A stretch of 50,690 bases of DNA from the NCBI GenBank assembly GCA_044227985.1, contig JBGAVT010000005.1:1-50690 (forward strand), in the 5' to 3' direction. Under the pieces are notes generated by a model that made no database searches, was not told where the DNA came from, and was given only the letters and a program-made list of their open reading frames with translations. The position numbers were made by a program, and so were the translations under genes. Below, piece after piece: positions 1 to 8,932 of the stretch; position 1 is the stretch's first letter; each line of letters starts with the position of its first letter. The DNA is from Candidatus Saccharimonadales bacterium. GTDB taxonomy: Bacteria > Patescibacteriota > Saccharimonadia > Saccharimonadales > JAGPDM01.

Positions 1-838
1 CAAAGTTTCCAATAACTTCCGCAAGCCTGCTCTCAAAGCCCCTAAAACCGTGCGAGGCACCGTCTATGACGGCAATTTGCGTATTCTCGTTCTTGATTCT
101 CTCAACACGTCCTAACCATTCGTCCATTGTGCCGTCAATTTCGGTAATGCCGATGTCGGCTGTTCCGTAAGGAATAAGCATTGGCAAACTTACTTTGCCA
201 AGTAATGCGCCACCCTCACGCTCGCCATAAATATCTGCCGAACTGCCAGCCTCGCAAATAGTTGGGTAAGTTTGTGCTGAAATAGGTGTTTTATCTAGCC
301 AACACTCCGCACTCACTAATTCTTGACCTTTGCTCTCGGCAATAAGTTGTTTTGCCTTTGCCAAATACTCTTGATGTTTCGAGTCGGTATTTGCCCAGCC
401 AGCCATATCAGTCGGGGCTAGTAAAACAACTTTTTCAACGCCAGTAATGTCCTGCGTTAGCACAAAGTTCACAACTTTGGTGCAACCGAGTGAGTGTCCT
501 TGCAGAATAAAGCGAGTTTTGCCGAGTGTTTTCAGACAATTTATTGCGCCTTGTATGTCGTGGACACTTTCCTCAAAAATCTCAAAACAACTACCAGCGT
601 GTTTCCAACCGTCATTTTGCCGAAAATCACTGATAATGCCACGCCCTCTGCTGTCTATGGTAAAAAGTGAAATGCCTTTTTGCTTATACATCTCACGCAA
701 ATTGTCCAAAAAGTAGTTTTCATAGCCGTTGCCAGACATACCGTGCAAATGAACAACGGCAATATCGCTGTTTTCGTTATTGAGCCAGCCTTGCAGTTCT
801 ACATTATCTGTGGCGTTGAAACGGACAAAATCAAGCAT
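1..838 (-). CDS. Alpha/beta-fold hydrolase (DUF1749-like), 3' end runs off the window
   Basis: Not in the ORF track. Hand translation from ATG at 838 gives MLDFVRFNATDNVELQGWL...HLHGMSGN...QGHSLG (nucleophile elbow)...YGTAD...GASHGF, with no stop before position 1. The start overlaps the SGNH gene stop. Confidence 0.85.
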   Translation of the reverse strand, partial: MLDFVRFNATDNVELQGWLNNENSDIAVVHLHGMSGNGYENYFLDNLREMYKQKGISLFTIDSRGRGIISDFRQNDGWKHAGSCFEIFEESVHDIQGAINCLKTLGKTRFILQGHSLGCTKVVNFVLTQDITGVEKVVLLAPTDMAGWANTDSKHQEYLAKAKQLIAESKGQELVSAECWLDKTPISAQTYPTICEAGSSADIYGEREGGALLGKVSLPMLIPYGTADIGITEIDGTMDEWLGRVERIKNENTQIAVIDGASHGFRGFESRLAEVIGNF

Positions 839-1481
839 GTTGTATTAACTCCGCCAGTGGTTGTGCTAATGTTAGATGTGATTGCTCGTCAAAATGTATA
901 CCGTCAAGTCCGGCCTTTGCGACCGTGCTCGCATCAAAGAATAGCGAGCCAGTTTCACTGGCTACCCTTTGTATTTCAGTTGCCAGTTGTTTTGATTTTT
1001 CGGCAGACTGTTTATCGTATGTATCGTGATAGTATTCGTCAAATTTCGGAGCACTATCGTTTACATAAATTGGGCTTACTAATAAAATCTTTGTTTCTTG
1101 GGAAGTTTCTCGGACTGCGTCAATAAACGGTTTTAGTGCGTCAGCAATTTCGGTAACTGGTCGTGAATACTGAACTTTTAGATCATTTGTGCCTAACATA
1201 ATAACGACAATATCAGTCGGCGAGTGGCTAGTAAGGCAAGGTACAAAATATGTAAGTCCGTTGCGGGATGGCTTGTTGGGGTTGTAGTGTTCTAGGTCAG
1301 TTGTGCGTCCACCCAAGCCCTCCTCAATAACATAGTAGTTGTTACCCAAAAGTTCTTGTAGTTTCCCAGTCCAGCGAACATTTACAGGGTATCTGCTTCC
1401 TGTGTTTTTATCGTCATTTTGACCCCAAGTATTACTGTCGCCATAACATAAAACTACTTTTGCTTGTGGGTTCGTATTCAT
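831..1481 (-). CDS. SGNH/GDSL family hydrolase
   Basis: Blocks YGDSNTWG, EEGLGGRT, MLGTND and DGIH. Confidence 0.93.
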   Translation of the reverse strand: MNTNPQAKVVLCYGDSNTWGQNDDKNTGSRYPVNVRWTGKLQELLGNNYYVIEEGLGGRTTDLEHYNPNKPSRNGLTYFVPCLTSHSPTDIVVIMLGTNDLKVQYSRPVTEIADALKPFIDAVRETSQETKILLVSPIYVNDSAPKFDEYYHDTYDKQSAEKSKQLATEIQRVASETGSLFFDASTVAKAGLDGIHFDEQSHLTLAQPLAELIQHA

Positions 1482-1511
1482 ACGCTAATTATAACAGATT
1501 TTCATCTGTTT

Positions 1512-1700
1512 ACGCTCCGCTTGCGGAGCGTGTCGGTGTGCCGACCGAGCCACGCCGCCTCTGCCGCTTACGGCAGGCGCACCACCAGAAAAGCCTTTTC
1601 CACTCAAAAAGAAAAAATCGGCGGGGGAAATCTCAAAAAATGCAAAGGCTTTTTCTGGCGGGGCGCGTTCCAGCTTTGCTGGAACAGGCGGCGGGGCTTG
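1512..1700. other. GC-rich multi-hairpin structured element with a four-way junction (function unknown)
   Basis: Six abutting stems read from the sequence; details under findings. Confidence 0.75.
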
Positions 1701-1847
1701 CCTCGTTCAGCATTTTTCCTCAAAATAGGTTCTAGCGGAGTTGTAAAACCTCACCAACACATAATGTTAACTTTACATTAATTTTTTATTTTACTGTGTC
1801 CACTATTCTTAAAAATTCACTAGCTCTAAATGTCTATAGATAAAAAT

Positions 1848-2275
1848 TTAATTGTATTGAGCTAGTTCCAATATAATTCCTTCAGGCCCATGGAAGTAGC
1901 ATAATTTCTTATTCTTGCCATATTTATGTACGGTGCTAAAAAATTCAATACCTGCTAGCTGTAGTTTACTGTAAATTTGTTCAATGTCTGAAACTCGCAA
2001 GGCTAAATGCCTTAAACCAAGGTCGTTAGCATTATTAGAGTGGAGTGGTCTGCCTGTCGGATTCCGATAAGAAATCAACTCTAGTTTAGTTTCACTCTCA
2101 GCTAAACCTAATCGGATATATTCTGCCGACACACCAATAAGACCAACTACCCTTCCAATCGATTCACCGATTATATGATTATCGCGATTCAGGACTTTAA
2201 AGCCCAACATTTCCACAAAAAATTTTCTGCTGAGATGATATCTTCTACGACAATATTAATATGATCAATTACCAA
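1848..2275 (-). pseudogene. VOC/glyoxalase family protein, frameshifted near its 5' end
   Basis: C-terminal part (1848-2216) has GLRHLALRVSDIE and YFHGPEGIILEL. The N-terminal motif IDHINIVVED from TTG 2275 is in another frame; the shift falls in the homopolymer at 2217-2222. Confidence 0.75.
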
Positions 2276-2325
2276 ACACCCTAACAAAAATATATATTTT
2301 TTTAGGTAGAGAGAAAACTATCAAC

Positions 2326-4074
2326 TTATTTTGGAAGCTGCTTGTCGCTTTTGACTGACCAGTCTTGAACATTTCGATATCGACTAGAAATTGTGCCGAT
2401 TGTCTGATCCTCAACCATCGTTACACCAGGCTTGGAAACATACAATAATGATTGTTGAAATAGAGGAATCGCTGGTGCATCAACAAGCCATTGTTTCTGA
2501 AAAGCTGCATACTTGGCTTTGCGTAATTCAAGATCTTGACGAGTTCTTCCAGCTTCAAGCGATTCATCAACTCGCTTATTGCTGTAATTAGAAATGTTAA
2601 TTCCTTTTTTACCGACTTGTGAGCTATGCCAAAATGCAAATTGATCAGGATCAGCCCCAATTTCAAGCCCGTAGAGCAAAGTATCAAATTCTCGAGGAAT
2701 AATAATCTTTTGTTGTAGCTGACTAGAGTCGAGAGCTCTGACACTAGCACTGACACCTATTTCTTGCCATTGTTCCTGTAGTTCTTTAGCAAAATCTACC
2801 AAAATAGTATCTTTTTGGGTGAATATTACTGGTTCGAGCTTCTGACCATCTTTTTCCATGATTCCATTGGTATTTTTTTCCCAACCCGCTTGCTTGAGTG
2901 TATCTAATGCTTTTTCTTGTTGTGCGTACATTGGCTTATTAGCGACATAGCCAAGCTGTTCGCTTATGAGTGGTCCATCTATTTTTCTAAATGGTGCAGA
3001 TGTCTTTTGTTTGATTTCGGCTGGATCAGAAGCCTCTGTCAAGGCAGTTCGAACTTGTACATCGTCATATGGTGCTTTTGTAGTATTAAAAAATAAAAAA
3101 ATACTAGTATATTGTCTTAGGTTTCTAGTAATTACATCTTCTTTTTCAAATTTTTTGTAAGATTTCGGGTCAATATTTGATGCAGCAGTAAGCTGACCAT
3201 TACTAAAAGCTTTTTGAAGTTCATTTTTTGTTTTATAGCCAAGCAGTACAAAACGATCGAGCAAAGGCCTCTTTTTGAAATAATTCTTATTTGATTCGAG
3301 TTGGAGTTGCTGACCACCATTGCCCAGAGCAGCAAACCGAAATGGTCCAGTACCTACTGGGTGTTGATTAAAACTGGCAGTGCGTAAGTCAGATGGCTTA
3401 ACATCCTTCAAAATATGCTCAGGTAGTATTCCAGTAGTTAACGAATAAATAAACGGTGGGAAAGAGTTCGGCAGTGTGAATACCACTGTCGTATCATTTA
3501 CTGCTTTGCTAGTAACACCCTTCCAACTACTGAAAAGAGGAGAATCAACGTTCTCATCGGCAACCTGAGTGAATGTGTAGACAACGTCGCGGGCAGTTAA
3601 CGGCTTATCATCGTGCCAGTAGACGTCATCTCGAAGTTTGACTGTGTATTCAGTTCCCTCGTCATTCACTCTGATAGAAGATGCAACCTCAGGAACTAAT
3701 TCACCGTTTTTATCATATTGAAGCAGTCCATTAAAAATAAGCCCAACAGCAGAACGACTAGCTTCATTACTAGCAAATATTGGATTTATATTATCGACTC
3801 GGCCAATAACCCCCTCTTGATATACTCCACCGCGCGCAGGCTTTTCAACAAAAAATACTGAACGATTAAAACTGAACTGCGCCAGTAGTCCGATGATAAG
3901 TATAAGGACCAAACTGAGCCATCCAACAAAAAAACGTCGAACGGATTTCAACTTATGCCAAGGCTCTACAATATGATCACTAAACCATTGTTGAATTTCA
4001 CTAAGCTGAAAGCCGTTTTTAAGTCGCTGTTTGATGAAACGACGGACTTTAAATTTTTGGTAACTTGATAACAT
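2326..4074 (-). CDS. ABC transporter substrate-binding protein, family 5 (OppA/DppA-like), N-terminal membrane anchor
   Basis: YTVKLRDDVYWHDDKPLTARDVVYTF, PVGTGPF and DAPAIPLF motifs; one TM helix near aa 48-68. Confidence 0.92.
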   Translation of the reverse strand: MLSSYQKFKVRRFIKQRLKNGFQLSEIQQWFSDHIVEPWHKLKSVRRFFVGWLSLVLILIIGLLAQFSFNRSVFFVEKPARGGVYQEGVIGRVDNINPIFASNEASRSAVGLIFNGLLQYDKNGELVPEVASSIRVNDEGTEYTVKLRDDVYWHDDKPLTARDVVYTFTQVADENVDSPLFSSWKGVTSKAVNDTTVVFTLPNSFPPFIYSLTTGILPEHILKDVKPSDLRTASFNQHPVGTGPFRFAALGNGGQQLQLESNKNYFKKRPLLDRFVLLGYKTKNELQKAFSNGQLTAASNIDPKSYKKFEKEDVITRNLRQYTSIFLFFNTTKAPYDDVQVRTALTEASDPAEIKQKTSAPFRKIDGPLISEQLGYVANKPMYAQQEKALDTLKQAGWEKNTNGIMEKDGQKLEPVIFTQKDTILVDFAKELQEQWQEIGVSASVRALDSSQLQQKIIIPREFDTLLYGLEIGADPDQFAFWHSSQVGKKGINISNYSNKRVDESLEAGRTRQDLELRKAKYAAFQKQWLVDAPAIPLFQQSLLYVSKPGVTMVEDQTIGTISSRYRNVQDWSVKSDKQLPK

Positions 4075-4077
4075 AAC

Positions 4078-4296
4078 TTATCGGACGAATAGGACCAACA
4101 ATAGGCTTGTGGCAAACACAACTGCCAAGACAATAGTAATCTGATGTATTGATTTATCAACACCGCGACGTGAGGCGTGAATTTCACCTGATCCACCGAA
4201 ACCAGCACCAAGACTAGCACCCCTAGTTTGTATCAAAATAAAAATTATCAATAAAATAGCACTGACTACACTTGTTACTTCTAGGATTTGCTGCAT
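4078..4296 (-). CDS. secG: Preprotein translocase subunit SecG
   Basis: Two TM helices around LIQTRGASLGAGFGG; AGGAG Shine-Dalgarno upstream. Confidence 0.93.
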   Translation of the reverse strand: MQQILEVTSVVSAILLIIFILIQTRGASLGAGFGGSGEIHASRRGVDKSIHQITIVLAVVFATSLLLVLFVR

Positions 4297-4358
4297 ATAT
4301 CTCCTGATGGAATGATTATCACGGGTTATTTTAATTGTTGTTCTGTGACAACTCAGTT

Positions 4359-4724
4359 TTACTCATCTGAGTTATCAATGAACAAACTCACTATATAGTT
4401 TACCACTCCGATGACAATAGCTGCAAGCAAGGCCGCACCAAATGAACTAATTTCTAAGTCTGAATAGAATACACCAGTAAGGTAGACGACCAGACCATTT
4501 ACAACTAACATAAATAAGCCAAGCGTTACCATAATTGCCGGTAAGCTAAAAATAATGATGATCGGTTTTAGCGTTGCATTAATAATTGAGAATATTAGAC
4601 TGGCAAAAAAGAGAGTCCACAGTGAATGGTCGAAACTAACACCAGAGATAAAATAGGCTGCCGCCCAAAGCCCCAATGCATTAATAAACCATCTAATTAA
4701 GAATCGCCGAAAATCTTTTTTCAT
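4359..4724 (-). CDS. Phage holin family 4-TM membrane protein (YvlD/DUF360-like)
   Basis: INATLKPII...LPAIMVTLGLFMLVVNG motif. Confidence 0.85.
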   Translation of the reverse strand: MKKDFRRFLIRWFINALGLWAAAYFISGVSFDHSLWTLFFASLIFSIINATLKPIIIIFSLPAIMVTLGLFMLVVNGLVVYLTGVFYSDLEISSFGAALLAAIVIGVVNYIVSLFIDNSDE

Positions 4725-4734
4725 AGTTGGTACT

Positions 4735-5952
4735 CTAATCCCATCCTAGTCGGCTTGGCAAGCTTGCTGTTAATATTTCTGGTAATCCATCGGTGATACG
4801 AAGCATATCTTCGAGCCGCACGCCTATTTTTTCTTCTGGAATATAGATTCCTGGTTCAACCGTTACCACCATATTTGGTTGAAGCTTGTTACTGCGCGGC
4901 CCAACATCATGAACTTCTAGTCCGAGGTGATGACTAACAGCATGTGGGTAGTATTTGCGCAAATTATTACCATCACTTTTTAGACCGAGTTTTGTCAAAG
5001 CTTCTCGTGTCAACTCTTCAGTAATTTTCTCGATATCTTGGAGCGAGTTCTCGATTGTGAAGTGGTTAATGATGTCAGTATGTATACTTAAAACCGCTTC
5101 AAAAACTTCCTTCTGCCGTTTTGTTGGTTTACCTCGTGGAATTGTTCGAGTTATATCGGCGGCATATTGGCTGAACTGTGTAGCAGCATCAACCAAGACC
5201 AATTGGTTATCAGTTAAGTCGAAGCTGTCGGTATGATGAATCGTAGCCGCGTTTGCCCCACATCCAACAATCGTTGTGTAGGCAGGTTGCTCTCCACCAT
5301 TGAGGATGCATTGGTAGTCAAAAAATTGCGCGACCTGTCTTTCGCTATTAAGGCTTTGTATCTTTTCTGGTAATGCCAGAAAAGCTTGCATACTAATGTC
5401 GGCCGCCCTTTGAAGCGCCTGAATCTCTTCAGGCTTTTTGATACCACGGATTTTCTTAAAAATACCAGAGGAACTTTTTAGTGATATGGTCGGTTTATCA
5501 CGTCGTAGTCGATGCGCCAATCGACGTAACGATGGATTTTCAATCATTTCAGCTTCTGGTGTTGGTGCGGTGATATAAAGAGTATCGTAGGTTTCGAGTA
5601 TCTGCGAATAAGTGTGGGCCGCGTCTCCGCTTGAAATAACATGTTCGATACCACTGGTCTGTTGTATATCCTTGATACTGTTCTGGCCATTCCACTGGGC
5701 TGTAAACTCACTTCGGGGAGTAATGATTAAAATTGACTGTGGCGAACCATCTTTTTTCTTACCTAGGTAAAGTACTGCACCTGGCTCGTTTGGTAAGCCT
5801 GTCAAGTAATAAAAATTTGGTTCTTGCCAAAACGGAAAGGCTACATCACCGCGACCTTGTAGTTGGTCGTGCGAAGCGATAGCCGCCCAACTCCCATCAG
5901 GTAGCGCATTAATAAACTCTATTCGGTTGGCTTTATAAAATGTTTTTTTCAT
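4735..5952 (-). CDS. pepP: Xaa-Pro aminopeptidase (M24B)
   Basis: FWQEPNFYYLTG, YAADITRT, HHLGLEVHD, TVEPGIY and GVRLED motifs; start moved to MKKTFY to avoid overlap with uvrC. Confidence 0.9.
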   Translation of the reverse strand: MKKTFYKANRIEFINALPDGSWAAIASHDQLQGRGDVAFPFWQEPNFYYLTGLPNEPGAVLYLGKKKDGSPQSILIITPRSEFTAQWNGQNSIKDIQQTSGIEHVISSGDAAHTYSQILETYDTLYITAPTPEAEMIENPSLRRLAHRLRRDKPTISLKSSSGIFKKIRGIKKPEEIQALQRAADISMQAFLALPEKIQSLNSERQVAQFFDYQCILNGGEQPAYTTIVGCGANAATIHHTDSFDLTDNQLVLVDAATQFSQYAADITRTIPRGKPTKRQKEVFEAVLSIHTDIINHFTIENSLQDIEKITEELTREALTKLGLKSDGNNLRKYYPHAVSHHLGLEVHDVGPRSNKLQPNMVVTVEPGIYIPEEKIGVRLEDMLRITDGLPEILTASLPSRLGWD

Positions 5953-5995
5953 TATTTCTTTAACTGTTTTAGCTAGACGGATATTATAGCATGGA

Positions 5996-7441
5996 CTAGC
6001 GTAGATACTGCGATATTGTCTTAGCTCTTTTGATACCAACAACCTGACTGATTTCTTCATCACTAGCTTTTAAAATTCCGCCAAGACTTCCAAAACTTTT
6101 GATTAATTTTTTCCGAGTAGCTGGGCCAACACCGGGGATTTCGTCAAGTCGGCTAGCGGTTTGGTTTTTACGTTTGAGGCTTGTGTGATAACTAACCGCA
6201 AAACGATGACTTTCATCACGGATTCTTATTAATAATTTCAGTGCGTGCGAACGATTTTTGTCGAGCTGGATTTCGTCAAATTCTAGCTGACTTGTTGCTT
6301 GGTTACCATGGGCGAGAATTATTGTTTCGTACCTTTTCGCTAACCCAATAGCCGGAATTGAAACTTCTAGCTCTCTTAAGGCGTTAAGCGCAGCATGTAG
6401 CTGCCCCTTTCCACCGTCAATCAGTAGTAATTCAGGATCTCGCCACTTGTCTCGATTCTTTTTAGAAAAGCGCCGCGATATTACTTCATGCATATGAGCA
6501 AAGTCATCATTACCAAGAATCCTCATCTTGAATTTTCGATATTGTCCTTTATCGCTAACACCATTTGTAAACACAACCATACTTGCCACGTTATTTGTGC
6601 CTGACTGATGGCTGATATCATATCCTTCAATCCTAAGCGGCAATTTATTAATCCCAGCAATTGCTTGGAGCTCGCTAAGCGCACTGTCATTTTGACTATC
6701 AAATAACTCTTTGTCGCCGAATATAATTTGTTTATGAAGATTTTCTAAACCTTGTAACTGATCTCTTAGTCGAGCGGCATGCTCATAATTTTTCTGATTT
6801 GCAGCCAACTTCATCGATCGTCGCAGTCCAGCTTCTAAACGATTTCGATTTCCTAGTAGATATTCACTAAGATAGCGTAAATTTTGTCGATAATCGCTCA
6901 AGCTTGTCATGCCAGCTTCAACGCCTGGACTTAATCCAATATCACTATACAGCCTCGAACTGCGAGCACCCGATTTTTTTGGTTGTTTGTAGTCAAAAGG
7001 AAAAATTCGACGTAAATATTTTAGCGCCATTGTAATACTACCAACATAAGGACCGAAATAGTCTGCTTCATCATCAGCGGGCCTGCGGACAATCTCTATA
7101 ATGGGATGATCCGATTTAAAATCGATTCGGACATACTGGTAGTGCTTATCGTCACGTAGCAAGATATTGTAACGTGGCATATAGCGCTTGATCATTTCAC
7201 TCTCCAGGAACAAAGCCTGGATCTCGCTATCAACTTCAAGCCACGTCACGTCATCAATCTCACTAACTAATAGTTCAGTTTTCGGATCGCGGGCTCGACT
7301 CTGCTGAAAATATTGACGAACCCGATTGCGTAATACTGCCGCTTTACCAACATAGATAATTTCACCACTTGCACTTTTATGGAAATAGACTCCAGGTTTT
7401 TTAGGGAGGTTTTTTAGTTTTATCTCTAGTTTTTGATTCAT
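5996..7441 (-). CDS. uvrC: Excinuclease ABC subunit C
   Basis: GIY-YIG domain (PGVY..IYVGKA), RIEGYDISH, LIDGGKGQL, RDESHRFA and HhH; start MNQKL. Confidence 0.96.
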   Translation of the reverse strand: MNQKLEIKLKNLPKKPGVYFHKSASGEIIYVGKAAVLRNRVRQYFQQSRARDPKTELLVSEIDDVTWLEVDSEIQALFLESEMIKRYMPRYNILLRDDKHYQYVRIDFKSDHPIIEIVRRPADDEADYFGPYVGSITMALKYLRRIFPFDYKQPKKSGARSSRLYSDIGLSPGVEAGMTSLSDYRQNLRYLSEYLLGNRNRLEAGLRRSMKLAANQKNYEHAARLRDQLQGLENLHKQIIFGDKELFDSQNDSALSELQAIAGINKLPLRIEGYDISHQSGTNNVASMVVFTNGVSDKGQYRKFKMRILGNDDFAHMHEVISRRFSKKNRDKWRDPELLLIDGGKGQLHAALNALRELEVSIPAIGLAKRYETIILAHGNQATSQLEFDEIQLDKNRSHALKLLIRIRDESHRFAVSYHTSLKRKNQTASRLDEIPGVGPATRKKLIKSFGSLGGILKASDEEISQVVGIKRAKTISQYLR

Positions 7442-7998
7442 AGCTTTGGTAGATTCAAACGATCCATACGTCTTCGTTGTCGCCAACGTCGACCGAACAA
7501 AGAATCGTACCATTCAGGTGGACCAAAATCCTCTACAAGTAGCGTATGCATTCCGACGCTGTTGGCACCTAAAATATCTTGCCAAAGTCTATCGCCAATC
7601 ATAATAGATTCCTCCGCCGGCGCTTCGATCGTTTCGAGTAGTCGGTTGTAATATGACTTCATCGGTTTGCGTGAAAAAAGTGTTGCGTTCATCGTAGCAT
7701 CTGCGTTTAACTCTTTCGCGATAGCTTGAATGCCGCTATTCATTCGATTGGTTGCAATAACTAAACGACGTATATTATTACTTTTTCGTGCATCGTGTAG
7801 GTATTCTATGTATTCGCGACTAACAGACTTATCATAAATTCCTGAGACCAAGGTGCCGTCGATATCAATTGCTATATTCCGGATGTTTCGCTTTGCTAGT
7901 ACTTTAAAGTCAATATCGCTCACTCTTGGTGCACGATAATTTGGCAACCAGTAGTTACGCCTCGTTTTGCTGTCATGTAAATGCTTCATAGTGCTCAT
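7438..7998 (-). CDS. HAD-IIIA phosphatase (YqeG-like)
   Basis: DIDGTL, ATN, RKP and MIGDRLWQDILGAN motifs. Confidence 0.88.
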   Translation of the reverse strand: MSTMKHLHDSKTRRNYWLPNYRAPRVSDIDFKVLAKRNIRNIAIDIDGTLVSGIYDKSVSREYIEYLHDARKSNNIRRLVIATNRMNSGIQAIAKELNADATMNATLFSRKPMKSYYNRLLETIEAPAEESIMIGDRLWQDILGANSVGMHTLLVEDFGPPEWYDSLFGRRWRQRRRMDRLNLPKL

Positions 7999-8047
7999 CT
8001 ATTATTTATTATACCGTTTTTTATCGTTTCGTTGTACTATGACTAGC

Positions 8048-8932
8048 ATGTCAGGAATTACTTACGCTCTAATAATCAATGTCAAATCACGCAAATCACG
8101 TGACTGGCTAAAGACGATAATGGCTGCATTTGAACGCTATGGTATCGATTTAGCTCGAGTTCATGTGGTTAAAACAAAACAAGAGATTAAGGAAGTGCTT
8201 GAAGCTGAGGCAAGGGCTGAGCCAGATGTTTTGATAATTGGTGGTGGCGATGGCACCATTGTTAGCGCAATTAATCATATTATCGGGACGAATATTCGCT
8301 TGGCAGTATTGCCACTTGGTACAACTAATAACTTCGCTCGCTCACTCAATTTACCGACTATGAACATCGCAAAATCAGTCAAAATTATCGCTGATGGAAA
8401 ACGAAAAAAAATTGCATTAGGATGGGTCAATGGACATTACTTCACGAATCTTTCTGCCATAGGGCTCACTACACAAATGGCTGCAAACGTCTCAGACCGA
8501 AACAAGCGTTTTTTTGGACAAACAGCATACTATGTTCAAGGCTTTATAGAGCTACTGCGTCATCGACCCTTTGAGTGTACGATCACTGTCGACAGTCAGA
8601 AACCACTTCATCTAGTCACACATCAGCTTGTCGTAGCGAATGGTAAGTACCATGGTCCAGTTCGGATGCGGACTAAAACGTCGATCGACAAGGGCGAAAT
8701 AAGTGTAATTATTTTTGGGCGTAATAAAAAACGTTTAGTTGTTCTTAAAAACATAATTTACTTCGTCATCCCTAGTTGGGTTCGAATGCAGCCACTTGCC
8801 CTAGTTGGAAAAAATATCAAAATCACGACATCGCCAACTCGTTCTGTTGAAGTAGATGGGGAGGTTGTCAGCCAGACACCTGCTACTTTTAAGGTTAAAA
8901 ATAACGCCGTAGAAGTCTTTTATCGACCCTAG
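8048..8932 (+). CDS. Diacylglycerol/lipid kinase family protein (YegS/DgkB-like)
   Basis: GGGDGT, LPLGTTNNFARSL and VDGE motifs; start ATG 8048 (alternatively 8039). Confidence 0.9.
   Translation: MSGITYALIINVKSRKSRDWLKTIMAAFERYGIDLARVHVVKTKQEIKEVLEAEARAEPDVLIIGGGDGTIVSAINHIIGTNIRLAVLPLGTTNNFARSLNLPTMNIAKSVKIIADGKRKKIALGWVNGHYFTNLSAIGLTTQMAANVSDRNKRFFGQTAYYVQGFIELLRHRPFECTITVDSQKPLHLVTHQLVVANGKYHGPVRMRTKTSIDKGEISVIIFGRNKKRLVVLKNIIYFVIPSWVRMQPLALVGKNIKITTSPTRSVEVDGEVVSQTPATFKVKNNAVEVFYRP

Noticed and set aside
447-1126. Plus-strand ORFs 447-716 and 680-1126
   Set aside because: Antisense shadows of the two hydrolase genes, with no recognisable motifs.
1512-1700. tRNA, CRISPR repeat or simple terminator reading of the hairpin element
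   Set aside because: No T/D loop consensus or CCA, a single copy with no spacers, and far more complex than a terminator.
1460-1781. ORFs 1460-1735 and 1464-1781
   Set aside because: They run through the GC-rich inverted-repeat element, where stops are depleted, and do not look like proteins.
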